DNA from: Batkoa obscura
Taxonomy: Eukaryota
Direction: 5' to 3'
Length of the DNA stretch: 64,000 nucleotides
Assembly: GCA_030770535.1 (NCBI GenBank)
Contig: JASVEC010000024.1
Span: 620,001-684,000, forward strand
In this document: positions 52,777 to 64,000 of the stretch, in pieces
Position numbering within the stretch: position 1 is the stretch's first letter
How the letters are laid out: every line of letters begins with the position of its first letter
Translations under genes and position numbers: made by a program
The notes under the pieces: generated by a model
Databases searched by the model: none
What the model was told of the DNA's origin: nothing
The model's input: only the letters and a program-made list of their open reading frames with translations

Positions 52777-54062
52777 GTCGGATTATAAATTGTAATTGGA
52801 ATATTATTATTTATGTTTTATGGGTTTTCTTTAATCTTTACTGTTGTTATTTAATCATTTGATAGTTGTTTAAGTATAAAAAGGTAGGGCTTTATTTTGA
52901 AGATATATTTATTAGTAAATAAGCCAAATATGAAGGATAAATTGATTTGTATACATTTACTATACACAATTCATATGATTCCTATATAAGAATTGATATT
53001 AAACTATTGTTGTACTGATATAGATGTTATTTAAATTAAATTATTACAATAAGTTGATATGGTATTAACTCTTTTTTTTCAATTATTTGATTGATATTTT
53101 TTTAAACTTTTTGTTCTATAAAAACAAGTTAAAACAATAAACAGGAAGTATCACATAATGATATTAGTAGGTATCGAACAAGCCATATGACTAAATACTT
53201 TAGAATTGAACTCTAATGATTAATACTAAGCATCAAAGACATTAGAAGTGATTAACATTGTCATTACATTATTTACTAGTGTTTCCGAATATCTACCTTA
53301 ATGCTAAACATTATTACATAACAAGATTTGCTTTGTAATGGGGAATTTGCTATAATAGTAGCAAAAATGTAAAAATGAAATAACGCTTTATTAATTCATC
53401 TCATTTATAGTTCCAATTCCTTTTTACTTTTTTATTTAGCAATCCTATGGCTATTCTTTATACTAATACTAAAAGTTGAATACTAAATCTGATAAATTAA
53501 GTTTTATAAATAAAATAAAATAAAATAAAATATTAATCCTAAACTTATGAATTGATAAGGTATATATTTAATATCCTCGATTATTATATGCTCTAGTAGT
53601 TTCACTGGAATAATAGTTAATATAGTGGAACTTTTAATGCTGTTAAACAAGTGAAGTTTATAAAATAGTATTCCTTTAAATTAGAGAAAATAAACGTTTC
53701 ATCAAGAACTTTATTTATGAGTAGAATAAAAGAACAAATAATTTAGATGAAAGGATAATATACAAGAAAAAGATTAGTCATAAAAAATCATTAGACTCTA
53801 AGGAGAATATTCAACTTGAATGCATCTGCTTTGGTTGTGAGCAGTCTAAAGTACACATGTTTGTAACCAATGCGATATAAACATGCTCAGCATTTGAATG
53901 TAGAAACAGATGCGATATAGTAAGATACAACAAGAGTTCAAATATTCAAATATTAAATAAAAAGATTTTCAATAAAATCAAAAATTAGTCTTTAATGAAT
54001 TTTACTTGCCTTGTTTCACTTTAACTGTCATGGTTTTTTAGCAATTTTGGCTAATGAATATA

Positions 54063-54346
54063 GGGGATGTCTGAATTAGTTTCATTATTTTATCCAATTT
54101 TTAAATATTTTGTATCAAAACTTCGCTTAAAATCTTATAAAAACAATTCTTATTTACTAAAAAACAAGTATCTGGACACAGTTCTAAATCACTCTATTAT
54201 AGTTTATACTTTAAGTTGGTTGAATTTCTACTAGACCTTAAATACGCATTCTTATAAAACTTTATTGAGAAATATTTATTATTGACCGCTTTATAACCAA
54301 CATTACAGATTTGCTATCAAATAAACTATTTTAATATTATAATTAT
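54063..54346. mobile_element. Truncated copy of the left end of the Sola-like element
   Basis: Colinear with 38375-38662 from GGGGATGTCTGAATTAGTTTCATTATTTTATCC onward. Confidence 0.9.
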
Positions 54347-54348
54347 AT

Positions 54349-54443
54349 GGGGATGTTTTTTTAACTTCATTACTTTTTCCATTTTTTAAGTGCTATCTGA
54401 GCGGAAAGATTATTAATAGAATTAAACAAAAAAACAGATCTTG
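54349..54443 (+). mobile_element. MITE copy abutting the truncated Sola end
   Basis: atat|ggggatgttttt...cttcattac; right end decayed. Confidence 0.8.
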
Positions 54444-55277
54444 ATATATTTGTTATTTAACATTAATCTTTAATCAAATTTCAAAATACTCGAATATCTT
54501 TATTTAATATTTATCAAGATTGATGTTTAGTTTTTATCTCATTATTTTTTTAAGACTTAAAATATCTTTTGGCCTGATTTTAACTAAATTTTCTTCTTAA
54601 ATAAACAGTTAGAAGAACGTAAAGTTGTAGCAGCTGTCAAAAAACCTAGATTTTATTGTTTTATAAATTTGAAATAATTTAAAATTATTGAGGATAGTTA
54701 AAAAATAAATTGAAACAAAGCTTTTATTTTTAGACTAAAAATATCTTGAAAGAAAAGATGAAAGTTCAAAGAATAAGTTGAATGGTTTAGTTTCAACTTT
54801 TAAAAGGATTAGTTAATATTAATTAATATTAATTAATATTGTTAATATTATTAATATTATTACTATTATTAGTATGAGTTTAATTTTAAAAAAATCAAAA
54901 ACTTAAAAATCACTCGTTATGATGATAAAAAGTAGTATTTTAGCTTAACGTCAAAACTCAAAATTTGGATATCATGTCATTTAAAACCTGAGCATGGGCT
55001 TTATTATTAAGATAATCATAAAATTTATTTCTTAAAAGAAAGGCAGATCATTTACTAAAAATGGAACTTCCAGTTAATAAAGCCCATTAAATAGCCAACT
55101 AAAAACAAATCAATATCTAAATGAGATCAATAAAAAAACAACTAGTTACAAACAATTAGTTGAATTGTTGAGTTGGGAATCAATTGCTCTTTTTTTCATT
55201 ACTTTAATTATTTATTTTATTTTGTATTACGTATCTGAATGAGTAACCCGATAACAATCACTCCCTCAAGTTATACT

Positions 55278-58200
55278 ATGACCGAAGAAAAAGTAGCTTC
55301 CAAGAAAAAATTAACAAGAAGGAATTGTTATTCAATATTACTCAATATTATCACCTTATTTCTACCTAATAAATTATTTCATCAATTAGGTAAATATAAT
55401 TATCTATTATAATCACTTATTAATTAATAACTTCTAACTCTTGTTTCTCTTATAGGTTATAAAACTCCCTTACGAATCTTTCGATTAAAAGAAAAAGTAT
55501 TATATTCATTAATATTTCTAATCCTTAATGGACTATTATTGTTATTACTCATCAATAACATCATCACTTTAAGTAATAATTCATCTACTTATATACCATT
55601 CGCCTCAATCTCAAATCAACCCAGCATCATTTATGGACAATATTATGCTGACATCCCCAACAATGAATTTTCAAGTAATAATAGTAAGAGTAACTTTTAT
55701 GATTCTAGTTTCTTATATCAAGATCGAAATGAAGTATGTGATAATTTTTGGAATGTTCATGGATTAGGTACTTATCTACCATGTTATTTATTGGATTTCA
55801 ATAACTCTACACTGTTACAACTATCAAAGGAGAATAAAACATGTTTATATAAAACAGAAGAATTGAAAAGAACATTGAATAATCAAAAGAAAAAGAAGTT
55901 ACTATTAAGTTATAAATTCATTCAAATACATGAAAATTGGATTGTTTATAAAGACAAAGTAATTGATTTAAATCGATTAAAGTATTTACATCCCAATTTA
56001 ATTAAAGCGGAACAATTATGGGTTAAATTAATAATTGATAAAATTATTGATTTAACACAAATTCGAAAAGAGAATATAATTGATGTTACTTATTTGATAC
56101 AAAATTCATTAAATTACCAACAATTGAATTTGTTAAATGAATGTATATTTAATCGTATTTTGATTGGTTATATAAGTCCAATGACGTATTGGTGTTTAAT
56201 GTTTTATTTATTTGTTTCTATTCTTTCAATAGTTACGTTTCTATTTCTATTTTGGAAATTAAGTAAGTTTATTGTGTTTAAATTATTTAAATGGGATTAT
56301 ATATTTGATTGGAATTTCAATGGGGGTAAAGTAGCTACAAATTATTCATATCTGAGTTATAAGAAAAATGGAAAAGAAGAGGTAAATAAAATAATATAGA
56401 ATAACATAATTCTAATTAACTATTTAAATTATTTTTATTAGCATTTATCTTGGTTACAATGGTTAAATCAACAAAACGAAAATGTAATTAAAGAAGAGAA
56501 TACAATTAATGAATTGATATTAATGGAGAAAACATATCCTAATTTATTAAAATACCAAGATAATGAATTTAAAAAAAATAATCAAATATTAGCTCAAATT
56601 GAACCAAATTATGAATTAGAAAATGGTCTAGATTATGAACCCTTACGTAGTATATTTTATATTAATTCAAATGGAAGAGGAAATGTAACTAATTTAATCA
56701 AATGTTTAAAAAGTACATGTGAAAATGAATACCCAAACACACATAAATTAATAATTGTTATGATTGATGGTAGAAGTAATTATTTAAATCAGTTATTAAA
56801 ATTAATGATAGATCCAATATTACCTACTAAAGATATTCAAGCTTCAAGTTATTTAGATGATAATCAACAAATTAATCAAATCAAAATTTATGCTGGATAT
56901 TATGAATATATTAATCCTAATTATAAAGATAATAATATTGTTATGGAACAACAAAGTAAATATTTAAAAGTACCTTTAATTTATTTATATAAATTAGGTA
57001 ATAATAATGAAAATAACAATTATTGTGGCATTCGTGGTAATCGAGATAATTTAATACTAATATTAAGCTTTTTAAATAAGATTCATTTTAATTTACCATT
57101 AAATAATTTTGATTATGACTTTTATAAATCAATTAAATTAATTACAAATTGTAATATTAAATTATATTGTATTTTATTTACAATGAATTATAATGTAATA
57201 ATGAAATCCAATGCTATTATTAATATGTTACGTCCCTTCATTTTTAATGATAAAGTGATTTGTGTTCATTCCAAATTTCAATTTCAATCTAAGGATTTAT
57301 TATTAAGTAGATTGTTTAAAGTAATTATTAATTCATTTTATAATTTATATTATTATCATCCATTAGCTAACAATTGTATTGCTTATAAATTATATGATCA
57401 ACCAAATCGATTAAAATATATAGAAATTAATAATGAAATGAATTTATTACAATATAATAAATTAATTAACCCAATTTTATTAAAACAATATCAAATCAAT
57501 AATAATAATAATAATAATATATTATTACAATATTATAGACAATATTGTTATGATTATAATTTAATTAGTTTATTAAAATTAAAATTAAATCATGTTCAAT
57601 ATATTCAATTAAATACATCTCATATAATATATCAATTACCAATTACAATCAAATCATTTTGGATTACTAGTTGTATTGAATATTTGAAATATTTATTTAT
57701 TTCATTTAATGAATTTATAACTTCTTTTTCATTTATTCATTTTATTTTATTCAATATTTTATTATTTTTACCAACGTTATTATTATTGATTAGTTATATT
57801 ATTTATTATATAATCATTACTTTACAATGGAATAATTATAATATTAATGATATTAATATGATTTATTTATCATTTGTTATTAATGTTTTATTTTATTTCA
57901 TTATAGCAATATTGACTCAATCAAAACCAAGTATTAAGAATATTTTATTAGATAGTATTATTACAGTATTATTTTTGCCAATTTATTGTATAATATTGCC
58001 TTTGTTATCTATCTTTAATATTGATGAATTGTATAGTAAATATTTTTTAAATAGTATTTATCCAAATTATGAATTAAGTTCCATTCAAAATGAAAACCAA
58101 CAACAACGACAACAACAACATGATAGTAATAGATCAAAATTAGATCCAAAAGTATTTGTAAATACAGATTCATGGCATACAACTAATTTAACTAATGATA

Positions 58201-59381
58201 ATTTAAAAATAATGAGTTCATCAACAACCAATAATAATATAATTAATAATAATAATAATAATAATAATCAATTCATTCCTTCCTCTCATAGTAATAATAC
58301 TTATTTACGAAATTTAAGTATGCCATCTAATACATTACATGATCAAAGTAGTAATTTAATAAATAATCTTAGTTTAGAAGAAAATACAACAATTACTAAT
58401 AATAGTTATCAAATGGATCCAATATTAAATCGATGTCGATTAGAAATGGATCAAAATCAAAATCCATTTTATATGTCAATTGAAAGACAGACTTTAGAAA
58501 TTCAATTACCTCAAAAAACATTAACTTCTTGGTTATTATTTCAATTAAATTATCAAGTCAATTCAATTAATAATATTAATATTAATAATAGTAATAATAA
58601 TAGTAATAATAATAGAGAAATTCAAGATACAATAGATATTATTGAAGATTATAATAATTCAAATGAGTTGATATTATCTCCAAGTTCTTCCAATGCATTA
58701 CCTGATAATTACTATTATCAAGCCAGTGTACAACACAAATTGGAAAGAGAAATACAATATGAAAATCAGCAACAGCAGCAACAGCAACAATTAAAAGAAG
58801 AAAAGATAAAACTAAACAAACATCCTGAAATACAAGTAGCATCCAGTCCAAATAATTATGCTGAATTTGAAGATTCAATAATAAGAAATAGTATTAATAC
58901 GCAATTAAGACAGCCCTCTGAAGTCGGGAGAAAAATGATTGATTTGGAAAATGAAGCCAATAAAATTTATTCTTCATTATCTATTCGGAATTTATTAAAT
59001 GACATTAATGAACAAGAAAATTTTGAGACTGAAATTAATAATCAATCCAATTTCAGTGAAAATCAAGATGTTGAGGTAGAATCAGTATTAGATAATTATC
59101 TGGTCTTTAAACCAGGCAAAGTTGAAACTAAGGAGATTAATCAAATTCATACAAATCCTTTTAATTCAAAATCTAATTCCTCGCCTGAAACTACAGGTAA
59201 ATTAACTCAAAGTTTACCAGATTCTGTTGGGGATACTAATTTTCCTACAAATGAAGGATTAAATGATACTCAAATGACTAATGATACTCAAATAACAAAT
59301 GAATCTAACTATGTACTTTCGCCTAAATACAAATATAATTCAGCATTGCTAGATTCGAATACATCATCGTTGATACCATAA
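55278..59381 (+). CDS. Class IV (Chs3-like) chitin synthase homolog with degenerate active site; exons 55278-55389, 55456-56381, 56442-59381 (1325 aa)
   Basis: N-terminal TM pair with KEK, cytochrome-b5-like WIVYKDKVIDL, YPNTHKLIIVMIDG, KIYAGYY, GIRGNRDN, C-terminal TM cluster. Confidence 0.8.
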
Positions 59382-59592
59382 TAAGGTGAAATGAGAGTGG
59401 GTTAATAAAAGATGCTATTTTTTTGATGATGTCATTTATTTTATTATATTATATTTGTTATTTTAATAAAAACATTGAAATTAAATTCTAAATTTAGTAA
59501 ATAAATATTAAAAACATCAAAATCTACATCATTTTAAAAATCTTAATTCGTTTCTTTTTTACTCATCTAATTTTTAAATTTTCAAATAAAAA

Positions 59593-62230
59593 ATGTCTAA
59601 AATCAATAATGACAAGCAACAAATTAATTCAACATGTTATCAATTAATACCAAATCAAAAATATTTAGTAATTGAACATCCAGGAAATATAGAAAATAAA
59701 GATAAAGGGTTGGCTACTTTAGGTGGACTAAAAAAAATTGAAAAGGTAAGTAAAGTTATATAAAAAAATAACATTAATAATATTAAATAATAATTCAAAA
59801 CAAAATAAAAACATATATTTAAAACTAATACAAAATTAATTATTTCATACAATAATTGTAATAATTTTATTAATTTTATTTTTTTTAAATATAGAACTTT
59901 TTCCAAAAAAAAGCATTTGAATTAAAATTACGTCCAGATGATTTCTATTCAAGTCCAATAATTGGTAGGTTGATGACAAGTAAGTCTCAATTAATAAAAG
60001 TAAAAGCAAAGTATAAAAGGAAAAAGAAAAAGAATGGAGATGATAAGAATGGAGATGATAAGAATGGAGATGAAGATGAAGATGAAGATGAAGATGAAGA
60101 TGAAGATGAAGGAGAATTATTATCTATGGAATCTGAAATCCTTGGCTCCATTGAGAATGTGGTTCGATTTAGAGGTAACTATATTTACATATTTGAATTA
60201 GAATTATCATATAAAATTTAAAAATAAATAAGTTAATAATGTTTTCTCAATTAGGTTTAGCGGATTATCAATCCATATTTAATGATCCTATTTCTAACAA
60301 ATTAGCAGATTTTTTAAAGAATGTGAGGAATATGGAAAGTAAGTTAATAGGTTTTATATTATCTTTAACTTTAGTAACTAAATTTAATTTCTTAGTTGAA
60401 TCCATGTACAAAACACCCCAAGACATTAGTCAGCTTGAACAAACACTTGGACCACGATTACTTCGTCCAACCATGTATGGCATGGTTGATCAACCCTTCA
60501 ATTATAATTATGAACAAGACAAAAATATATTAAGAGTTAAGATTCGAACAGCTGATGGTAAAGTGAAGATTAAACTAATAAATAAAACAAAAAGAGCCAA
60601 ATTTTTTGCTGTTTCAGTCAAATGGGATAAAGAAAAAGAAGAATTTATAGTCCCTAATGAAATGCCAGAGAGAGTGAGAAAAAACCTGGATCGAATTGAT
60701 AAGGAATTATTAAAAAAAGCAGAAGAGGTAAGTAATTAGAAAAAATTAAAGAGTGAGTTGTACAAGTGTTAAATGGTTTAATTTTTTTACGTTTATTTAG
60801 TTATTTAATGAAAGACCAATTTGGAATCGATTGGCTTTTTGTAATCAATTTGAAAAACTTTCAGGGCTAAGATTTAAAATGTATGTGTTATATATTTATA
60901 TATATTTATATATATCAAAATAATTTAATATTTTATTTATTTATTTTATTTCTATTATAGGGTATTACCTGCTTTAGCATATTTTGTGGCATCTGGACCC
61001 TATAGAGAATGTTGGATTAAATACGGATATAATCCAACATTGGATAAACAAGCACGATTGTAAGTTTTTAATTAAATTTTATAATAATAATTGTTTATTA
61101 AAGAAAGATTTTTGTATTTTATTTAGTTATCAATCTTTAGATTTAAGAAATCCAGATAAAGTTATGAGAATTCATTCCAAAGATAAAAATGAAGAAAATG
61201 AGTTTAATAATGAAGCAATGAAAATGTAAATAAGAAAAACAAATTAGTCTTACTATTATTCTTATTCTTATTTGATTTTTATAAATTGGATGATAATAAT
61301 ATTAATTTATTTTAATTTATAGGAAAGACAATCATATATTAAATATTGATAATTTAAAGTACAATTCCATGACAATAAAAACTCGATTATTTAATTTATA
61401 TGATGTTCAATCTAAAGAAATTGAACGATTAATAAATAATCCAGAAAACATATTAGATGAATTTAATGTAAGTAAGAAATTATTATTAATCTTTAGTAGA
61501 TAACTACAATATATATAAGAAGATTTTAATAGACAACCCATTGATTTAATTTACTTATACTAATTTTTAATTTCAACAATTAGATAAACACCGGCTGGTT
61601 TGAACCTACTATTCTACAACAAATCAATGATATTATATGTAAAGTATTTTTCCCACATCCAATGAATTCGGAAGAGATACCTATTTGGGAATATACACAG
61701 AAAAAAAGAAAGGGCAAAGTATTAAAATTACCAAAATTGCAATTTCAATTAGAAGAAAGTATGTTTCCAAAGTTACAAGAAGAAAATAGTCTATTAGAAA
61801 TAGAAAAAGGGTTGAGTGAGTTACAAAAATCCGAGTTGAAGGAAATGGGAGAGATAGAAGAGATGCAGCACACATTCACATTAGATGGATTGAATAGTCA
61901 AATAGGTAAAGTAAGTATAATACAATTGATAATATATATAATTGACAATTAATTTAATAATTCTATATTGTACCAGAAATTAGATCAACCAATGGAAATG
62001 AATATGGAAGAGCTAAGTGAAAATGAAAATGAAAATGAAAATGAAAATGAAAATGAAAATGCTGGTAAGTTAAATTATTTTTAATTTTGTTAATTTATAA
62101 TAATAATAATCTTTATAATTTTTTAATTGTAATAGATGATGAAGGGTTTGATATGGATTTAGAAGAGTTAGATTTTATGGATGTGTTCGGGGAAAATTCT
62201 GATAAAAGTTCAGAAGATGAAATAGAATAA
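59593..62230 (+). CDS. TFC1: RNA polymerase III factor TFIIIC subunit Tau95/Tfc1, multi-exon
   Basis: IEHPGNIENKDKGLATLGG, FRGLADYQ, LFNERPIW, GPYRECWIKYGYNP, YQSLDLR, TGWF, acidic tail. Confidence 0.88.
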
Positions 62231-62493
62231 AAGGAAGAGTTTTAAAATTAAAAAAATAAAATTCATTTTAATATATAATGTTATTATTAATGTAGCCGTT
62301 CTTTTATTATAGTAATTTATCTGATAATTGGAGATTATTAAAAGTAATTTTAAAATAATTAGTTTAATATCTTTATTTCTTAGTATTCAATGATAAGTAA
62401 AATTTAAATAGAAAATAAATAGTTGAATTTATTAAATAAAATCGACCAATTGTAATAAAAGAAATAGAAATCAATATTTTGATAAAAGTATGT

Positions 62494-62589
62494 AAGGATG
62501 TTTTTTTACTTTATCACCTTTTTCATCTTTTAAGCGCTATTTGAGCGGAAGGATCGTTGTAAAATTCTTAAATAAAAATGTACATCCCC
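62494..62589 (+). mobile_element. MITE copy
   Basis: ggatgttttt...gtacatcccc|atat. Confidence 0.82.
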
Positions 62590-62727
62590 ATATGTTTATA
62601 ATTTTAAATTGAATTTTGTTATACAATAAAAGGAGGATTAATCTATCTTAAACTTAATTAAGATTTTGCTTGTAACTAAGTTCAAACGTACAATTAAATA
62701 TTATGTCTATTCATCTTACTAATATAT

Positions 62728-62924
62728 GAGAATATATTTTTTTGCTTAAGAATTTTACTAATATATTTTCTGCTTAGTAGTACTTAAAAATGGAAAAAGT
62801 AATGAAACCAAAAAGTATCGCTATATGGGGATGTATTTTTGTGTTTAAGAGTTTTACTAATAATTTTTCCACTCAAATAGCGCTTAAAGGATGGAAAAAG
62901 TAATGAAGCCAAAAAAATATCCCC
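62728..62924 (-). mobile_element. Two tandem MITE copies (62728-62821, 62827-62924)
   Basis: Both reverse orientation, joined across a TATAT. Confidence 0.85.
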
Positions 62925-63052
62925 ATGTATTGTCCCTCTAACTATATAAGCATACTAAACATTTAAATCCATTTTAAACTACTTTTATTTATGATACATG
63001 TTGTCAAATTAATGTATTCATATCTGAGGAATACAAAAAAGTCTCTAGATAA

Positions 63053-63150
63053 GGGCATATTTTTTTGGCTTCATTACTTTTTCCATTTAAATACTACTAA
63101 GCAGAAAATATGTTAGTAAATTAAATTCCTTAAATAAGAAGAGGTATCTC
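63053..63150 (+). mobile_element. MITE copy
   Basis: gggcatatttttt...cttcattacttt; shares the tactactaagcagaaaata variant with 62728-62821. Confidence 0.75.
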
Positions 63151-63472
63151 TATATTGATAATTCTTTAGGTTGGATGTAGTAACAAAACCTAATTTAATT
63201 TAACGAAGTACTCCTGCTATTATGATTTAAGAATTTAATCTATTTTATTCAAAATATAAATAAAATCAATTCAATAATTTATAACATCAGATGATCTTAT
63301 CTTTTTAGATTAGATAAATACAATATTACTCACTGTCTTATGACCTTAAGTCTGACAATTTAACCCTAAATTCTTTAATTTAATGAAATTTGATTGGCCA
63401 ATTAAAGAATTTAGATTCAAAAAATAGGGGAATTTTTAAATTATGCAATAAAGTGACTGTTTTAAAAAAAGT

Positions 63473-63479
63473 TGAGTCA
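63473..63479. promoter_or_regulatory. Gcn4/CpcA (AP-1-type) site TGAGTCA upstream of LEU2
   Basis: Exact consensus about 150 bp before the ATG of an amino-acid biosynthesis gene; variant TGAATCA at 63490. Confidence 0.55.
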
Positions 63480-63623
63480 TCAACTATCATGAATCATAAA
63501 GAAAAGTGAACACTAAAAATAAAAGATAAAAAGTATATAAAGCTAAAAGAGAGTCCAAACTAATCAACTTTAATAAAAAAAATAAGATTATAAAACAGAA
63601 AATATTAATAGTCAAAATCAAAA

Positions 63624-64000
63624 ATGAAACAAGTTAAAATAGTAGTATTGCCGGGAGATGGTATAGGGCCAGAAGTCACTTCACAAGCTGTTCGAGTATT
63701 AAAAGTAGTGGGAGATTATTTAGAAGCTCAAAATACTCATCAATTTCAATTTATTGAAAAAAAATTTGGTGGTGCTGCCATTGATGCTTATAGTAAGGAT
63801 TTTTATTAAGTTTACTTTATTCCTGTTCATTATTAATCCTATTACTTAGATGATCCCTTCCCAAAAGACACAAAAGAAGCCATTTTAAACTGTGATGCTA
63901 TTTTATTGGGGGCCGTAGGTGGTCCTCAATGGCCAAAATTAATTGATGTTAATGATCAATCTAAAGGATATGGACCTCGACCTGAACAAGGATTATTAGA
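63624..64000 (+). CDS. LEU2: 3-isopropylmalate dehydrogenase, 5' part, runs off window
   Basis: IVVLPGDGIGPEV, FGGAAID, DAILLGAVGGPQW, RPEQGLL; intron at 63793. Confidence 0.95.

Noticed and set aside
3142..61875. Short antisense or overlapping ORFs in the track (e.g. 3142, 23291, 25286, 31145, 35970, 39753, 49459, 58639) and MITE-spanning ORFs (4705, 15666, 30354, 37424, 38017)
   Set aside because: Shadows of real genes or read-throughs of the repeat; no independent coding signal
3727..63150. Recurrent ~97-bp repeat as a CRISPR-like array or ncRNA family
   Set aside because: Dispersed, both orientations, irregular spacing, with TIRs and TSDs; fits a MITE

Overview
Very AT-rich eukaryotic genomic DNA with many short GT-AG introns (mostly 40-70 nt). 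Gene content and protein style point to an early-diverging fungus (Zoopagomycota/Conidiobolus-like is my inference, not a database result). About 20 host genes are recognisable: malic enzyme, ERB1, an SDR, an AAGAB/Irc6-like gene, F-box/ankyrin, amidase, tetraspanin, HSF-type factor, RPB11, SKT5/CHS4, RPL8/eL8, two tandem 7TM receptors, RLP7-like, MTC5/WDR59, MED17, APT1, a chitin-synthase-like gene, TFC1 and the start of LEU2. The accessory layer is dominated by one transposon system: a complete 2464-bp Sola2-like DDD transposon (38375-40838, GGGG termini, ATAT target duplication, intact 567-aa ORF), a truncated copy of its left end, and about 20 related ~97-bp MITEs with the same termini. 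The transposon carries a ~160-nt multi-stem structure right after the transposase stop. Other notable items: a tandem trio of IS630/Tc1-type transposase genes whose second catalytic Asp is Asn, a full-length class IV chitin synthase lacking every catalytic motif, RPB11 with a 184-aa C-terminal extension, and a long structured intron in the eL8 gene. Gene models and pairings were read by eye; coordinates of degenerate elements are approximate.
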